A stretch of 64,000 bases of DNA from the NCBI GenBank assembly GCA_963724775.1, contig CAVRWB010000019.1, forward strand, positions 431,051 to 495,050, read 5' to 3'. Numbering within the stretch: position 1 is the first letter of the stretch; each line of letters opens with the position of its first letter. Under the pieces are notes generated by a model. That model had not been told where the DNA came from. It did not search any database and saw nothing but the letters and a program-made list of their open reading frames with translations. Source of the stretch: an uncultured Acidobacteriota bacterium (GTDB lineage Bacteria > Acidobacteriota > Vicinamibacteria > Vicinamibacterales > Fen-181). The translations under genes and the position numbers were made by a program. Below are positions 37,367-48,718 of this stretch, piece after piece.

Positions 37367-37910
37367 CTTCGGTCACCTCGCGAGGATTGAAGCTTTCCAG
37401 GAAGCGCCGCGTCGCCTCCAGGTCGAACTTCGGGTCGTCCGCCTCGATGCAGAGGAAGAAACGGTCGCGCGATGCCAGGGCGAAACGCGGCGTGTTGAAG
37501 ATCGGGTGGTACGGCATCGGCAGCCGGTTGAGGACGAGCATGCCGAAGACCGCGCCGAACGCCGCGAACAGGACCGTCGTCTCGAAGGTGACCGGGATGA
37601 ACGCCGGCCAGCTGTTGAACGGCCGGCCCCCGATGTTCAGCGGGTAGGCGACCGCCGACACCCAGTACGCAAGGCCGAAGCCGCTCATCGCCCCGATCAA
37701 GCCGCAGATGAGCACGATCAGCGGCACGCTGGTGTGGTGGATGCCGAGCGCCTCGTGCAGTTCCTCGATCGGGAACGGCGTGTAGGCGTCCAGGCGGCGA
37801 TAGCCCTCCAGCACGGCGCGGCGGCTGGCCGCGACCAGCGTGTTCGGGTCCTCGAACTCGGCGACCAGGCCGTGCAGCCCAATCGCGTTCACGTCGTCAG
37901 CGTGCGACAT
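37356..37910 (-). CDS. actD: Alternative complex III subunit D (DUF3341)
   Basis: DAYTPFP, GGRP, PAFIPVTFE and DRFFL motifs. Confidence 0.9.
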   Translation of the reverse strand: MSHADDVNAIGLHGLVAEFEDPNTLVAASRRAVLEGYRRLDAYTPFPIEELHEALGIHHTSVPLIVLICGLIGAMSGFGLAYWVSAVAYPLNIGGRPFNSWPAFIPVTFETTVLFAAFGAVFGMLVLNRLPMPYHPIFNTPRFALASRDRFFLCIEADDPKFDLEATRRFLESFNPREVTEVEA

Positions 37911-37920
37911 GCGCGGCTCC

Positions 37921-37970
37921 GACAGGCGAGACGCCTGTCCTACGACCGACAGGCGGGACGCCTGTCCTAC
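37921..37970 (-). repeat. GTAG-family REP, 2 tandem copies
   Basis: Reverse complement of GTAGGACAGGCGTCYCGCCTGTC between actC and actD. Confidence 0.9.
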
Positions 37971-37979
37971 GACGGGATG

Positions 37980-39359
<1,380 letters not shown>

Positions 39360-39371
39360 TCGGTACCTCGA

Positions 39372-39497
39372 ACCTGGTTATTCTGGCAATCTGACGATCT
39401 GGCGATTTGCCGATTTCTGAATCACGCCCCACTCCAGGGAACCACGACTCGAAAATCGCCAAATCGTGAAATCGCGAAATTGAACAAATGACGAATC
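39372..39497. repeat. Inverted 8-mer arrays (GGCGATTT-like ... AAATCGCC-like)
   Basis: Two degenerate arms around a ~35-nt spacer between actB and actC. Confidence 0.75.
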
Positions 39498-42400
39498 AGC
39501 CCTTCTCTCCACCCGGCATTTCCGGGTTGGGGTTCCTCACCGACGCCAGGTACGTCGTGCGCGGACGGGTGTTCAGGTCCTCGAGCATCCCGTAGTTCAG
39601 CGGCTCGGCCTTCAGCTTCACCACGCGGCTCTCGGGGTTGTTCAGGTCGCCGAACACGATCGCCCTGGTCGGGCAGGCGGCCTCGCACGCGGTGACGATC
39701 TCGCCGTCGCGCACGCCGCGGTTCTCCTTTTCCGCCTCGATCTTCGCCGCGTTGATCCGCTGCACGCAGTACGTGCACTTCTCCATCACGCCGCGGCTGC
39801 GCACGCTGACGTCCGGGTTGCGCAGCATCTTGAGCGAGGGCGTGTTCCAGTCCTGGTAGAGGAAGAAGTTGAACCGGCGCACCTTGTAGGGGCAGTTGTT
39901 CGAGCAGTACCGGGTGCCCACGCAACGGTTGTAGACCATGTCGTTCAGGCCCTCGCTGCTGTGGGACGTGGCCGCCACGGGGCAGACCACCTCGCACGGC
40001 GCGTTCTCGCACTGCATGCACGGCACGGGCGCGTTGAACGCCGCCGGCTGCTCCGCGTCCCCCTTGTGATACCGGTCCACGCGGAGCCAGTGCATCTTGT
40101 GGCCCCGGCTGACCTCGGTCTTCCCGACGACCGGGATGTTGTTCTCGGAGTTGCAGGCGACGACGCACGCGTTGCAGCCGATGCAGGTGCTGAGGTCGAT
40201 CGCCATCGCCCAGGCGTGCCCCGTGTACTTGTACTCGGGGTACAGGGTCATGTCCCGGGCCGGCGCTTCCGCGCGCTCGTGCGCGAAGTCGGGCTTCCTC
40301 TTGAACTCCTCGAGCGTGGCCGCCCGCACGATCTCGCGCCCTTCCATCGTCTGCTGGTTCTGCGTGGTCGCCAGCGGGTATCTCTGGCCGGTCTTGCCGA
40401 CCTCGAGGCCGTGCGACGCCCAGATGGCATGGCTGGTGCGGAGCGTGTAGGCGTTGAAGCCGGTGCCGTTGCCCACGGTGCCGGCGTTCGTGCGGCCGTA
40501 GCCCAGGTAGACGGTGATCGAGTCGGCGGCCTGGCCGGGCAGAATCCAGACCGGAGCGGTGACGCGACGGCCGCGGTAGCGCAGCTCGATCACGTCCTCC
40601 TTGCTGACGCCCAGGCGCTCCGCCGTCTTCGGGCTCACCAGCGCGGCGTTGTCCCACGTGAGCTTCGAGTTCGGCTTGGGGAGTTCCTGCAGCCAGCCGT
40701 TGTTGGCGAAGCGGCCGTCGAAGACCGACGGGTCGGCGCGGAAGACGATCTCGAGCCCCTTGGCCGGAGGCGGCGTGCCGAGGGTGACTGGACCCGCGGT
40801 GACCGTCCGGGCAGCCGCGGCGGTGCCGGCAATCATCCCGTCGTGCAGCGCCTTCCGCCAGAACTTCTCGAAATTCGCCCCTCCCAGCTGCGCGGCCCGG
40901 CCCTGCCAGTACGCCCGGACGATCTCGTAGGGCGTCTGGCCCGCCTGCTTGGTCATCGTCGCGATCAGTTCGTGAGCCGTCCGGCCGTTGTAGAGCGGCG
41001 CGATGAGGGGCTGGATGATCGTCACGGTGCCATCGGCCGCCCGGGCGTCGCTCCACGATTCGAGGTAGTGCGCCATCGGGATCTGCCAGTGGCAGAGCGA
41101 CGCGGTCTCGTCCTGGTGGAGGCCGAGGTGAATGCGCATCCGCACCTTGCTCATGCGGTCCGCGAACTTCATGTCCACGGGAGCGGTGTAAACCGGGTTG
41201 GCGTCGATGACGAGCAGCGTGTCGACGCGGCCGGCGTCCATGTCGTTCACGAGGTCCCAGAGCGTGCCGAGCTCGTCCACGGGTCGCGCCTCGATGGGCT
41301 CGGTGAAGGTCACCGTCTGGCCGGCGTTCCCGAGCGCCTGGTTGATGGCGTGGCCGAGCGCGTGCACCTCCGCCGGCTGCTCGTCGCCGACAATCACCAG
41401 GCTCTTGCCGCGGTGCGCCTGCAAATCGCGGACGAGCGGGTCGAGCCACGCCTTGAACGGCGAGGTGTCCCCCGCCGCGGCGGCGCCAGTCACACCAAGC
41501 GCGGCCGCAAGGGCCCTGGCGAAGGCGCCAACGCCGGCCGCCTGGAGCGGCAGACGGTGATCGGCAATCGACCCGGTCGGTGAGGGCGTCGCCTCCACCA
41601 CGTAGAGGCGGTTCATCTCGCGCTTGCCGCCCGTGACGCGCCGGCGGTTCGCGAACTCCCGCGCAGTAGCGGAGGCTGCCCGCGCCGCACGCCAGGAAAT
41701 CGGCGTCCAGCGCGAGGACGACGTCCGCCCTCTCGACCTGGTAGTGCGCATCGACGTACTCGCCGAAGGCCAGCTTCGCCCCGGCGTACGCCTGGGAGCG
41801 GCCCGCCGGCTCCCACTGGTGCCACTTCAGGTTCGGGAACTCCGCCTGGAGCTGCTGGAGCTGCGCGGCGAGCGTCGGCGAGGTGATGCTGCCGGTGAGC
41901 AGGTGCAGGCCCGCCCCGCCCTGGGCGCGGTTTGCCTCCACGGCGCTCTTGATCTGCGTCAGGAACGCGCCCCACGACTCGATGTTGCCGCGCAGGGTGA
42001 TGGTGCGCGAACGGTCCGGGTCGTACAGCCCGAGGACCGACGCCTGGGCGAATGCATCAGTCGCACCGAGATTCTCGGGATGGTCGGGGTTTCCCTCGAC
42101 CTTCGTCGGCCGCCCCTCGTGGCTCTCGACGAGCAGCGGCATGGCGTGACCGGGCATCGGCATCGCCGTCGCGAAGTAGAGCGGCTTGCCGGGGACGATC
42201 TCCTCGGGCTGCCGGACGTACGGGACGATCGTCTCCGTCGGCTGACGGGTGCACGCGGTCACCCCGGCGAGCGCGAGGGACGCTCCCATGAGCTTCACGA
42301 AGTTCCGCCGGCTGACGCCGTCGATCGGGTCGACGCCCCCGGGAAATTCGTCGTGCAGGAGCCGGCGGAACTCGTCGTTATCCGCCAGCTCGTCCAGGCT

Positions 42401-42518
42401 CCGCCAGTACCTCGGGCCCGGTCGCGTTCCGCAGCCGTTCCCGGAGCGCGTCGAGGTCGAGTGCGCGAGTGCCGCCCGGTGCGGGGTGATCGTCGTGCGT
42501 CGATTCGTTGAGGGGCAT
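39496..42518 (-). CDS. actB: Alternative complex III subunit B (Tat-exported molybdopterin-oxidoreductase-like plus Fe-S domain); frameshifts near 42410 and 41665
   Basis: YWRSLDELA, SRRNF Tat motif, GRPTKVEGNPDHP, CIGCNACVVAC, CMQCENAPC, CVGTRYCSNNCP and EKCTYC motifs. Confidence 0.92.
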
Positions 42519-42587
42519 CTGGAACGGTCAAGCGTTGAGCGTTTGGCGTTCAGCGTTCAGCTGTCCGGCTACCATCGACCTTCCCCG

Positions 42588-43239
42588 TCACCGATGGCAC
42601 GTCGAGCAGCTGGTCAGCTTCTGAATCTGGTACTCGGCGACCAGCTTTCGGCCCAGCGCGAGCTGATCGGCCGGCGGCTCGTAGTCCATCCGGTAGACGG
42701 CTTCACGCGGGCGGACGTACCGCTCGGGGTTCCGGTGGCAGTCCAGGCACCACTGCATCTGCAGCGGAGGCGACCTGGAACATCAACGGCATCCGGTCCA
42801 CGCGTCCGTGGCACGTCGAGCAGCCGACGCCCTTGGCCACGTGAATGCTGTGGTTGAAGTACACGAAATCCGGGAGGTCGTGCACGCGCGTCCACTTGAT
42901 CGACTCGCCCGTGCGGAAGCTGGCGCGCACGGGCTCCAGGTATGGGCTGGTGGAGAAGATCTGCGAGTGGCAGTTCATGCACGTCTTGGTCGGAGGAATG
43001 CCGGCGAACGCCGAGGTCTCGACCGACGTGTGGCAGTAGCGGCAGTCGATGCCGTTGCTCGCCACGTGGCGCTCGTGGCTGAACTGGATCGGCTGCTGAC
43101 GCGCCTCGTAGGCGCGGGTGACGTACATCGAATCCTGCAGCGCGTAGCCGAGGCCGACGAGGCCTCCCACCACGAGCACCAGAGCAATCAGGCTGACGAG
43201 AAAGACCGTGTTGGCTCGGCGATGGAAGGTTTGCGCCAT
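42588..43239 (-). CDS. actA: Alternative complex III subunit A (pentaheme cytochrome c); frameshift near 42768
   Basis: QPIQFSH; five CxxCH (CRYCH, CMNCH, CSTCH, CLDCH, CSTCH); N-terminal TM. Confidence 0.92.
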
Positions 43240-43509
43240 CGTTCGGTGTCGTCGAGGCAAGCGGCGTACCGCCGCGCGGGCACGGGGACGCCTCCGGCAG
43301 ATGCCGAATCGCGTTGCGAGACTCTTGGAAACCCAATACCAAGATTAGCCGGTTTTCCCACGAAACGCGAGATCCTGGCCAGTCACTCGGATGGATCGGC
43401 CTAGCAGGATTTCCAGGGAGTGTCAAGGATGAGCTCGAGACCTTGTGGAGCCGTTTCACAAGGTGCTGTGTACAATGACGTCAGCGACGCCCCTTCTCAA
43501 GGTTCCACC

Positions 43510-43935
43510 ATGAGTGACCGCAAGTACCGCCAGCGCGGATACCAGGATGACGACCGCGACAGGAAGCCGGAGCGCCCCAAGACACCGGGTGGCGCGCCGG
43601 GGCCACGCCCTGAGCGCCCGGAAGGACCACGGACACCCAACCTGATGGCCGCTCGCGAGGTGGTGCGCTGTTCGCGCTGCGGCGCCGAGATCCCAGGGCC
43701 CTTCGGCGCCGTGACGTGCGGCAAGTGCGGAACCGATGTGCACGCGTGCGCGCAGTGCGTCTACTTCGATCCGGGCGCCCGCTTCCAGTGCATGCAGGCG
43801 ATCCCCGAGCGCATTGCGAAAAAGGACGAGCGCAACGCCTGCACGCTTTGGGAGCCGCGCAAGACCATCGAGCGCGCCACGCACTCGGTTCCGACGAGCT
43901 CGGCGCGGCAGGCCTTCGACGACCTGTTCAAATAG
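43510..43935 (+). CDS. Cys-rich metal-binding hypothetical protein
   Basis: CSRC, CGKC, HACAQC and two further Cys; basic N-terminus; TACAAT upstream. Confidence 0.7.
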   Translation: MSDRKYRQRGYQDDDRDRKPERPKTPGGAPGPRPERPEGPRTPNLMAAREVVRCSRCGAEIPGPFGAVTCGKCGTDVHACAQCVYFDPGARFQCMQAIPERIAKKDERNACTLWEPRKTIERATHSVPTSSARQAFDDLFK

Positions 43936-44001
43936 CTGGCAGCTGGCAGCGTGCGGCAGGCAGCCGGCCGTTCACTCAACTGCCTACTGCCTACTGCCTA
44001 C
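43933..44001. repeat. Inverted heptamer arrays (GCTGGCA)n ... (TGCCTAC)n
   Basis: Contains both convergent stop codons (43933-43935 and 43984-43986). Confidence 0.85.
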
Positions 44002-45342
44002 TCTTCCACGCAACCCCCACAGCGTCAGCCCGAGCCCCGTCCACAGCGCCAGCGCCGTCCATTCGGTCCCGGTGAAGCTGCCGGGGATGAAGGGCAGGAC
44101 CTTCATCGCTATCAGCAGCAGCGCCACCCCGGCGCCGCTGATCGCGGCGGCGCGCCGCTCCCGCTCGCCGCGCGCCAGGTAGGCGGCGCAGGTCGCGAGC
44201 CACCCCACGCCGGCCGCAAGCGAGCCGACTTCCGTAATGGGGACGAGGATGGCGTCGCCGAGGAGGGAGGCGCCAGCCGTGAGGCCGGCCACCAGCCAGA
44301 TGGCGCCCGCCGGGGTGCCGAACCGCGGCTGGACGCGGCCCAGTCCCCTGTGAACGAGGCCGCGGCGTCCCATGGCGAAGACCAGCCGGGTTGCCGCGAC
44401 GAAATTGCCGTTGAACACTTTCAGCAGCGACAGGAACGCGCCAGCCAGGATCAGGCGTGCCAGCGCGCGCGAGCCGAACGCGCGCTCGAACGCCGCCTCC
44501 GTCCCGACGTGGCCGGCGACGATCGCCTTCCACGGATAGACGAACGCGACCGCGCCGATGATCGCGACGTAGAACACCACGCCCGCCGCAACCGCCAAGT
44601 ACATCGCGCGCCCGAACCCTCGCGGGTCGAAGCCGGCACGCGCCTCTTCGGCGCCCTTCACCACGGACTCGAAGCCCGTCATGAAATACGGGACGATCTG
44701 CGCGGCCAGGAGCACCGACAGGAGACCGCCGGCGAGACCGGGCCGTGAGAAGAGCGGCTCGAGGTTCGCTGGATCGCCCTTCGCGTAGCCGAGCGTGGCG
44801 AAGACGGCAAACGCCGCCAGCAGGCCGAACGTCGTGAAGTTCTGGAATACGCCGCTCGGCCGGATCCCGCGCACGTTGACGCCGGCGATCAGGAAGGTCA
44901 GGCCCAGCCCCGCGACGAGCCGAGGCAGGTAGATCGTCTTGCCGCCCAGGGTGTAGAGCGGCCAGGTGTTGACGGCGGGCACGATCCGCCCAAGCAGGTT
45001 CCCGATTGCCACGGCCTCCCAGGGGCACACGATGGCGTAAGCGAGGACCATCGTCCACCCGGCGGCGAACGACAGGATGGGCGGGAAGACGCCCTCGGTG
45101 TAGGCGATCTCACCCGCGGCGTCCGGGATTCGGCGGACCAGGGCGCCGTAGGTGACGGCAATGGGCAGGAGCAGCAGCCCGCCGGCGAGGAAGCCGATCA
45201 TCGCCGCGCCCGGCCCGCCGCGCCCGAGCCAGTCGTCGATCAGCACCAGCCAGCCGACACCCACCATGCTGCCGAAGCCGAAGGTGAAGTACTCGACGAA
45301 CGTCAGGCGCCGGAGCAACGTCGGGGCGGCGGGATGCGTCAT
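43984..45342 (-). CDS. APC family amino-acid permease
   Basis: FGSMVGVG, GFES..EE, RLVFAMGRRG and RFGTP motifs; about 12 TM. Confidence 0.9.
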   Translation of the reverse strand: MTHPAAPTLLRRLTFVEYFTFGFGSMVGVGWLVLIDDWLGRGGPGAAMIGFLAGGLLLLPIAVTYGALVRRIPDAAGEIAYTEGVFPPILSFAAGWTMVLAYAIVCPWEAVAIGNLLGRIVPAVNTWPLYTLGGKTIYLPRLVAGLGLTFLIAGVNVRGIRPSGVFQNFTTFGLLAAFAVFATLGYAKGDPANLEPLFSRPGLAGGLLSVLLAAQIVPYFMTGFESVVKGAEEARAGFDPRGFGRAMYLAVAAGVVFYVAIIGAVAFVYPWKAIVAGHVGTEAAFERAFGSRALARLILAGAFLSLLKVFNGNFVAATRLVFAMGRRGLVHRGLGRVQPRFGTPAGAIWLVAGLTAGASLLGDAILVPITEVGSLAAGVGWLATCAAYLARGERERRAAAISGAGVALLLIAMKVLPFIPGSFTGTEWTALALWTGLGLTLWGLRGRVGSRQ

Positions 45343-45407
45343 CTCGGGATAGCAGAACTATACCTGAGGCGCGCGCACAGGTAGAATCGCGCGACAGGAG
45401 AATCCCG

Positions 45408-45764
45408 ATGAACGATCAGCCGACGGTCTGGTACTTCTACAAGGTGAGATGGGGCGCGCAGGAGGAATTCCTCGACCTGTTCCACCGGAACCACTACCCG
45501 GTGCTCAAGGCGCAGCTCGGCGGACGAATCACGTCCATCCGGACGATGGTGCCGACCTACCATGGCGATGGCCGCGCCGACTGGACGTTCGTCGTCGAAT
45601 TGACGTTCCGGGATGCGGCAGCGCTCACCGGGCCGTCAGGCGAGGGCGAGATTGCCCGCAAGCTGTTCCCGGACCAGGAGCGCTTCAAGCAGGAGGAGCG
45701 CCGGCGCTTCGAGCTGATTGACGCGCACTGGGACACGCCGTTGACGGACGTGGCGATGGAGTGA
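45408..45764 (+). CDS. Hypothetical protein (dimeric alpha/beta-barrel-like)
   Basis: TAGAAT and AGGAG upstream; YKVRWG..EEFLDLFHRNHYP and AHWD motifs. Confidence 0.75.
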   Translation: MNDQPTVWYFYKVRWGAQEEFLDLFHRNHYPVLKAQLGGRITSIRTMVPTYHGDGRADWTFVVELTFRDAAALTGPSGEGEIARKLFPDQERFKQEERRRFELIDAHWDTPLTDVAME

Positions 45765-45802
45765 ACGGACAAGTAGGCAGTATGCGGTAGGCTCTCCCCG
45801 CG

Positions 45803-46321
45803 CTACTTCTCGTCGTTCGGCGCGGTTACCTTCTCCAAGTCCTCCGGCGTCGCCTTTGGCAGCTTGCGGATGAACGAGACCATCTTCCAGATCTCCTCGG
45901 GTGTGTGCTCGTCCGCCCACGCCGGCATCGCGGTGTACCGCACCCCGTTCGAGATGACGAAGTAGAGCGCGCCGTCGCTCAGTTCCTGCGTGTCCTCGAG
46001 GCGCAGGTCCGGCACCTTGGGGTAGACGTTCCTGCCGATCTCGGTTTTTCCCGACCCGTTTTCCTCGTGGCAGATGGCGCAGTGATCCTGGAACTGCTTG
46101 CCGCCGTCGACCCAGGCGTTGGCGTTGCCGGCGAACGGGTTTGCCTTCTTCTTGGCGCCGGACGGGATTGAGAGCCACCGCACGCGTTCCGCCACGGCTT
46201 TCTCGATGGCCGGCGGATCCGTCCGGGCCGACAGGCCGTTTCGCGTGAAGAGGAAACCAATCAGGGCGGCGCCGACAGCCAGCGCCCCGAGCGTGAGGAG
46301 CGCATCACGGAGGAATCGCAT
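45803..46321 (-). CDS. Membrane-anchored monoheme c-type cytochrome
   Basis: N-terminal TM; CAICH; GVRYTAMPAW axial Met. Confidence 0.88.
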   Translation of the reverse strand: MRFLRDALLTLGALAVGAALIGFLFTRNGLSARTDPPAIEKAVAERVRWLSIPSGAKKKANPFAGNANAWVDGGKQFQDHCAICHEENGSGKTEIGRNVYPKVPDLRLEDTQELSDGALYFVISNGVRYTAMPAWADEHTPEEIWKMVSFIRKLPKATPEDLEKVTAPNDEK

Positions 46322-46379
46322 GGCACGGGCAGGAACAAGACGCGTGCCGGCGGCCCAGCCCCCGAACAGATGCAAAAAC

Positions 46380-46482
46380 GTGGGAATCCCGGGTAGGACC
46401 CGATAGCGGCTTCCGACAGGCTGGAGGGCTTACGGAAAGCGAAACTGGTCGAAGGGACCAACACTTCACCTGGAATTCCTAC
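46380..46482 (+). ncRNA. Candidate structured RNA of unknown family
   Basis: 15-bp closing stem GTGGGAATCCCGGGT/ACCTGGAATTCCTAC plus two internal hairpins; intergenic. Strand inferred from G-U pairs. Confidence 0.5.
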
Positions 46483-46483
46483 T

Positions 46484-48094
46484 TCACCTGGGGAACAGCA
46501 CCCCCGGCGAGAGCTTCCACCCAGGGTCCAGCGCCGCCTTGACCGCGCGCATCTCCGCGACACCCGCGTCGCCGTACAACTCCCGCAGCAGCGCCTGCTT
46601 GGTCGCGCTGCGGCCGACGCCGTGTTCGGAGAGGGGCGATCCGCCCCGCGCGATCACCTCGCGGCCGAACTCGAGGATCGCGTCCTGCCCCGCCTCCACG
46701 TCGGCCACCGTCCGGGGAATGACGTTCGGGTGAACGTTCCCGTCCGAGACGTGGCCCCAGATGGCGTATTCCAGGCCGCGACGCTCGAACCCCTCGCGGT
46801 ACACGCGAAGCATCTCGCCGAAGCGCGCGAACGGCACGATCATGTCCGCCGCCGTCTTCTGCACGCCCGGCGCGGCCTGCTTGGCGACGCCCACCCGGTG
46901 CTTCACGGCCTCGGGCGCCGCCTCGCGGAAGGCGAAGAACTGTTCCGCCCGCGCGCGGTCGCCGGGGACCGCCACCTCCACGTGCTCGAGCACCCCCGCT
47001 TCGTCGAGCAGGCGGCAGAAGCGCCCGAGCGGCGTTGGCGGCGCGGCTGGTTCCAGCGCGGACGCAATCTCCTCGAAGGCGGCCTCGCCCGTCGTCCCGG
47101 GCGGCAGTTCCAGCTGGAGGAGCAGCGCGACCTCGGTCTCCGGCGGGAGGTGAATGCCATACCTGGCATCGCTTCCGTCGTCGTGGAGCATGGCCAGGCA
47201 GCGGCGGTCGAGCATCTCGATCGCGGAAACGTCGATGCCGTTCGGGTCGTTCGACGACCACGTCCGCTTCGACCGCTCGCGCAGGGTTGCCACGAGCCGG
47301 AGCGCGGCATCTTCATCCATCACGGGGACGAGCGCCACGCACAGCGCCGGGGCTGGTTGCACGATCCCGAGGCGCGCTTCGACGATGACGCCCAGCGTGC
47401 CTTCGGCGCCAATGAACAGGTCGATCAGGTCCATGACCGGCGCGGCGAAATAGCCGGCCGAGCGCTTCGGCACGTCGGGCATCCGGTAGGTCGGCAGCGG
47501 AACCCGCGTGGCGCGGCCGCCCGCCTCGACCTCGAAGTACCCGTCGGGATGGGCGAACACGAGGCCGCGCTCGATGTCGAGCACGTCGCCGGACGCGAGA
47601 ACCACCGTCAGGCCCCTCACCCAGATCCGCGTGCTGCCGTACTTGAACGTCGCCGCGCCGGAGGCGTTGGTCGAGATCGTCCCGCCGACGAAGGCGCCGT
47701 CGTAGGTGGGCGCGGGCGGGTAGTAGCGGCCCTGCTCCGCAAGCGCCTGCTTCAGCGTGACGAGCGGGAGCCCGGGCTGGACGCGCACCTCGTGGCCGGT
47801 CGCATCGAGGATGGCGCCCATGCGGGCGGTGCTCAGGACGATGTCGCCGCGCGGCGTCGCTCCGCCGGTGACCGACGACTGGGCGCCTATCGGCAGCACC
47901 GCCGGGTACGCGCGCACCACCGCGGCCACTTCGGCCTCGTCGCGCGGGAAGACCACGCCGGCCGCCTCGCCGCCCGGGTAGTGGGCGGCGTCCTCGAGAT
48001 ACGACCGAACGGTGTCCGGATCGGTGATCACCTGGGGAAGACGAGGCGTGCCGCGTGGCGCCCGGGCGACGATACGATGCGGTGGCGAGATCAC
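46484..48094 (-). CDS. FAD-binding oxidoreductase (GlcD / D-lactate dehydrogenase family)
   Basis: GGTISTNASG, GAEGTLGVI, WGHVSDGNVH, SEHGVG and DPGWKLSPG motifs. Confidence 0.9.
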   Translation of the reverse strand: MISPPHRIVARAPRGTPRLPQVITDPDTVRSYLEDAAHYPGGEAAGVVFPRDEAEVAAVVRAYPAVLPIGAQSSVTGGATPRGDIVLSTARMGAILDATGHEVRVQPGLPLVTLKQALAEQGRYYPPAPTYDGAFVGGTISTNASGAATFKYGSTRIWVRGLTVVLASGDVLDIERGLVFAHPDGYFEVEAGGRATRVPLPTYRMPDVPKRSAGYFAAPVMDLIDLFIGAEGTLGVIVEARLGIVQPAPALCVALVPVMDEDAALRLVATLRERSKRTWSSNDPNGIDVSAIEMLDRRCLAMLHDDGSDARYGIHLPPETEVALLLQLELPPGTTGEAAFEEIASALEPAAPPTPLGRFCRLLDEAGVLEHVEVAVPGDRARAEQFFAFREAAPEAVKHRVGVAKQAAPGVQKTAADMIVPFARFGEMLRVYREGFERRGLEYAIWGHVSDGNVHPNVIPRTVADVEAGQDAILEFGREVIARGGSPLSEHGVGRSATKQALLRELYGDAGVAEMRAVKAALDPGWKLSPGVLFPR

Positions 48095-48246
48095 GACTCA
48101 ATTATGGCCGATCGAGGCACCGGCCGCCGCCACGGTTTGAACCAGGAAGACGGAAGGCACAATCCACCAAGGACGTGTGAATGCCGCGCTGCTCGAGGTG
48201 GGGGCGGTATGATGGTATCCGTCTTCATGAAGGAGGGACGCAGCCT

Positions 48247-48669
48247 GTGCGCACTCGAATCGTACGGACCGTTGCGCTCGCGGTGATCGCGCTCGGTGTC
48301 TTCGCCCTGCGCGCGGCCGCGCAGGAGATGGATCTGTCCGCCGCGCCGCGGATCACCCTTGCGGAGTTCAAGAAACTCCACGACGCTCACGACGTCGTCG
48401 TCGTGGACGTGCGCGACGCCGCCGCCTTCAAGGCGGGCCACATCCCCGGCGCGCTGTCGATTCCGCTCGACCAGGTGACCGCGCGGGTGGAGCAACTGAA
48501 GGCCGAGAACAAGCCCATCGTCACCTACTGCGCTTGACCGGCCGAACACACGGGCGCCCGTGCGGCGCTCGAGCTGGCGGCCAAGGGTGTGAAGAACGTG
48601 CGCGTGCTGAAGGGCGGCTGGGCGGAGTGGCGGCTTGGCAAGAACCCAATCGAAACGGGCGAGAAATAG
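48247..48669 (+). CDS. Exported rhodanese-like selenoprotein (in-frame TGA 48535-48537 read as Sec)
   Basis: VDVR..GHIPGA..IVTYCA-TGA-PAEHTGARAA..VRVLKGGWAEW. The domain is complete only if TGA is read through. RBS and signal peptide present. Confidence 0.85.
48538..48566 (+). promoter_or_regulatory. Bacterial SECIS-like hairpin
   Basis: GCCG-AACA-CACGG-GCGC-CCGTG-CGGC; the loop starts with a G 17 nt after the TGA. Confidence 0.7.
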
Positions 48670-48718
48670 CGCCAGCCAACTTTCACCTCCCTCTTTCCGT
48701 CTACTCACCCAGGTGTTC

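Noticed and set aside
46380-46482. tRNA-Sec, tRNA or 6S RNA identity for the structured region
   Set aside because: No T-loop, anticodon arm or CCA; much shorter than typical 6S RNA, with only a weak local resemblance.
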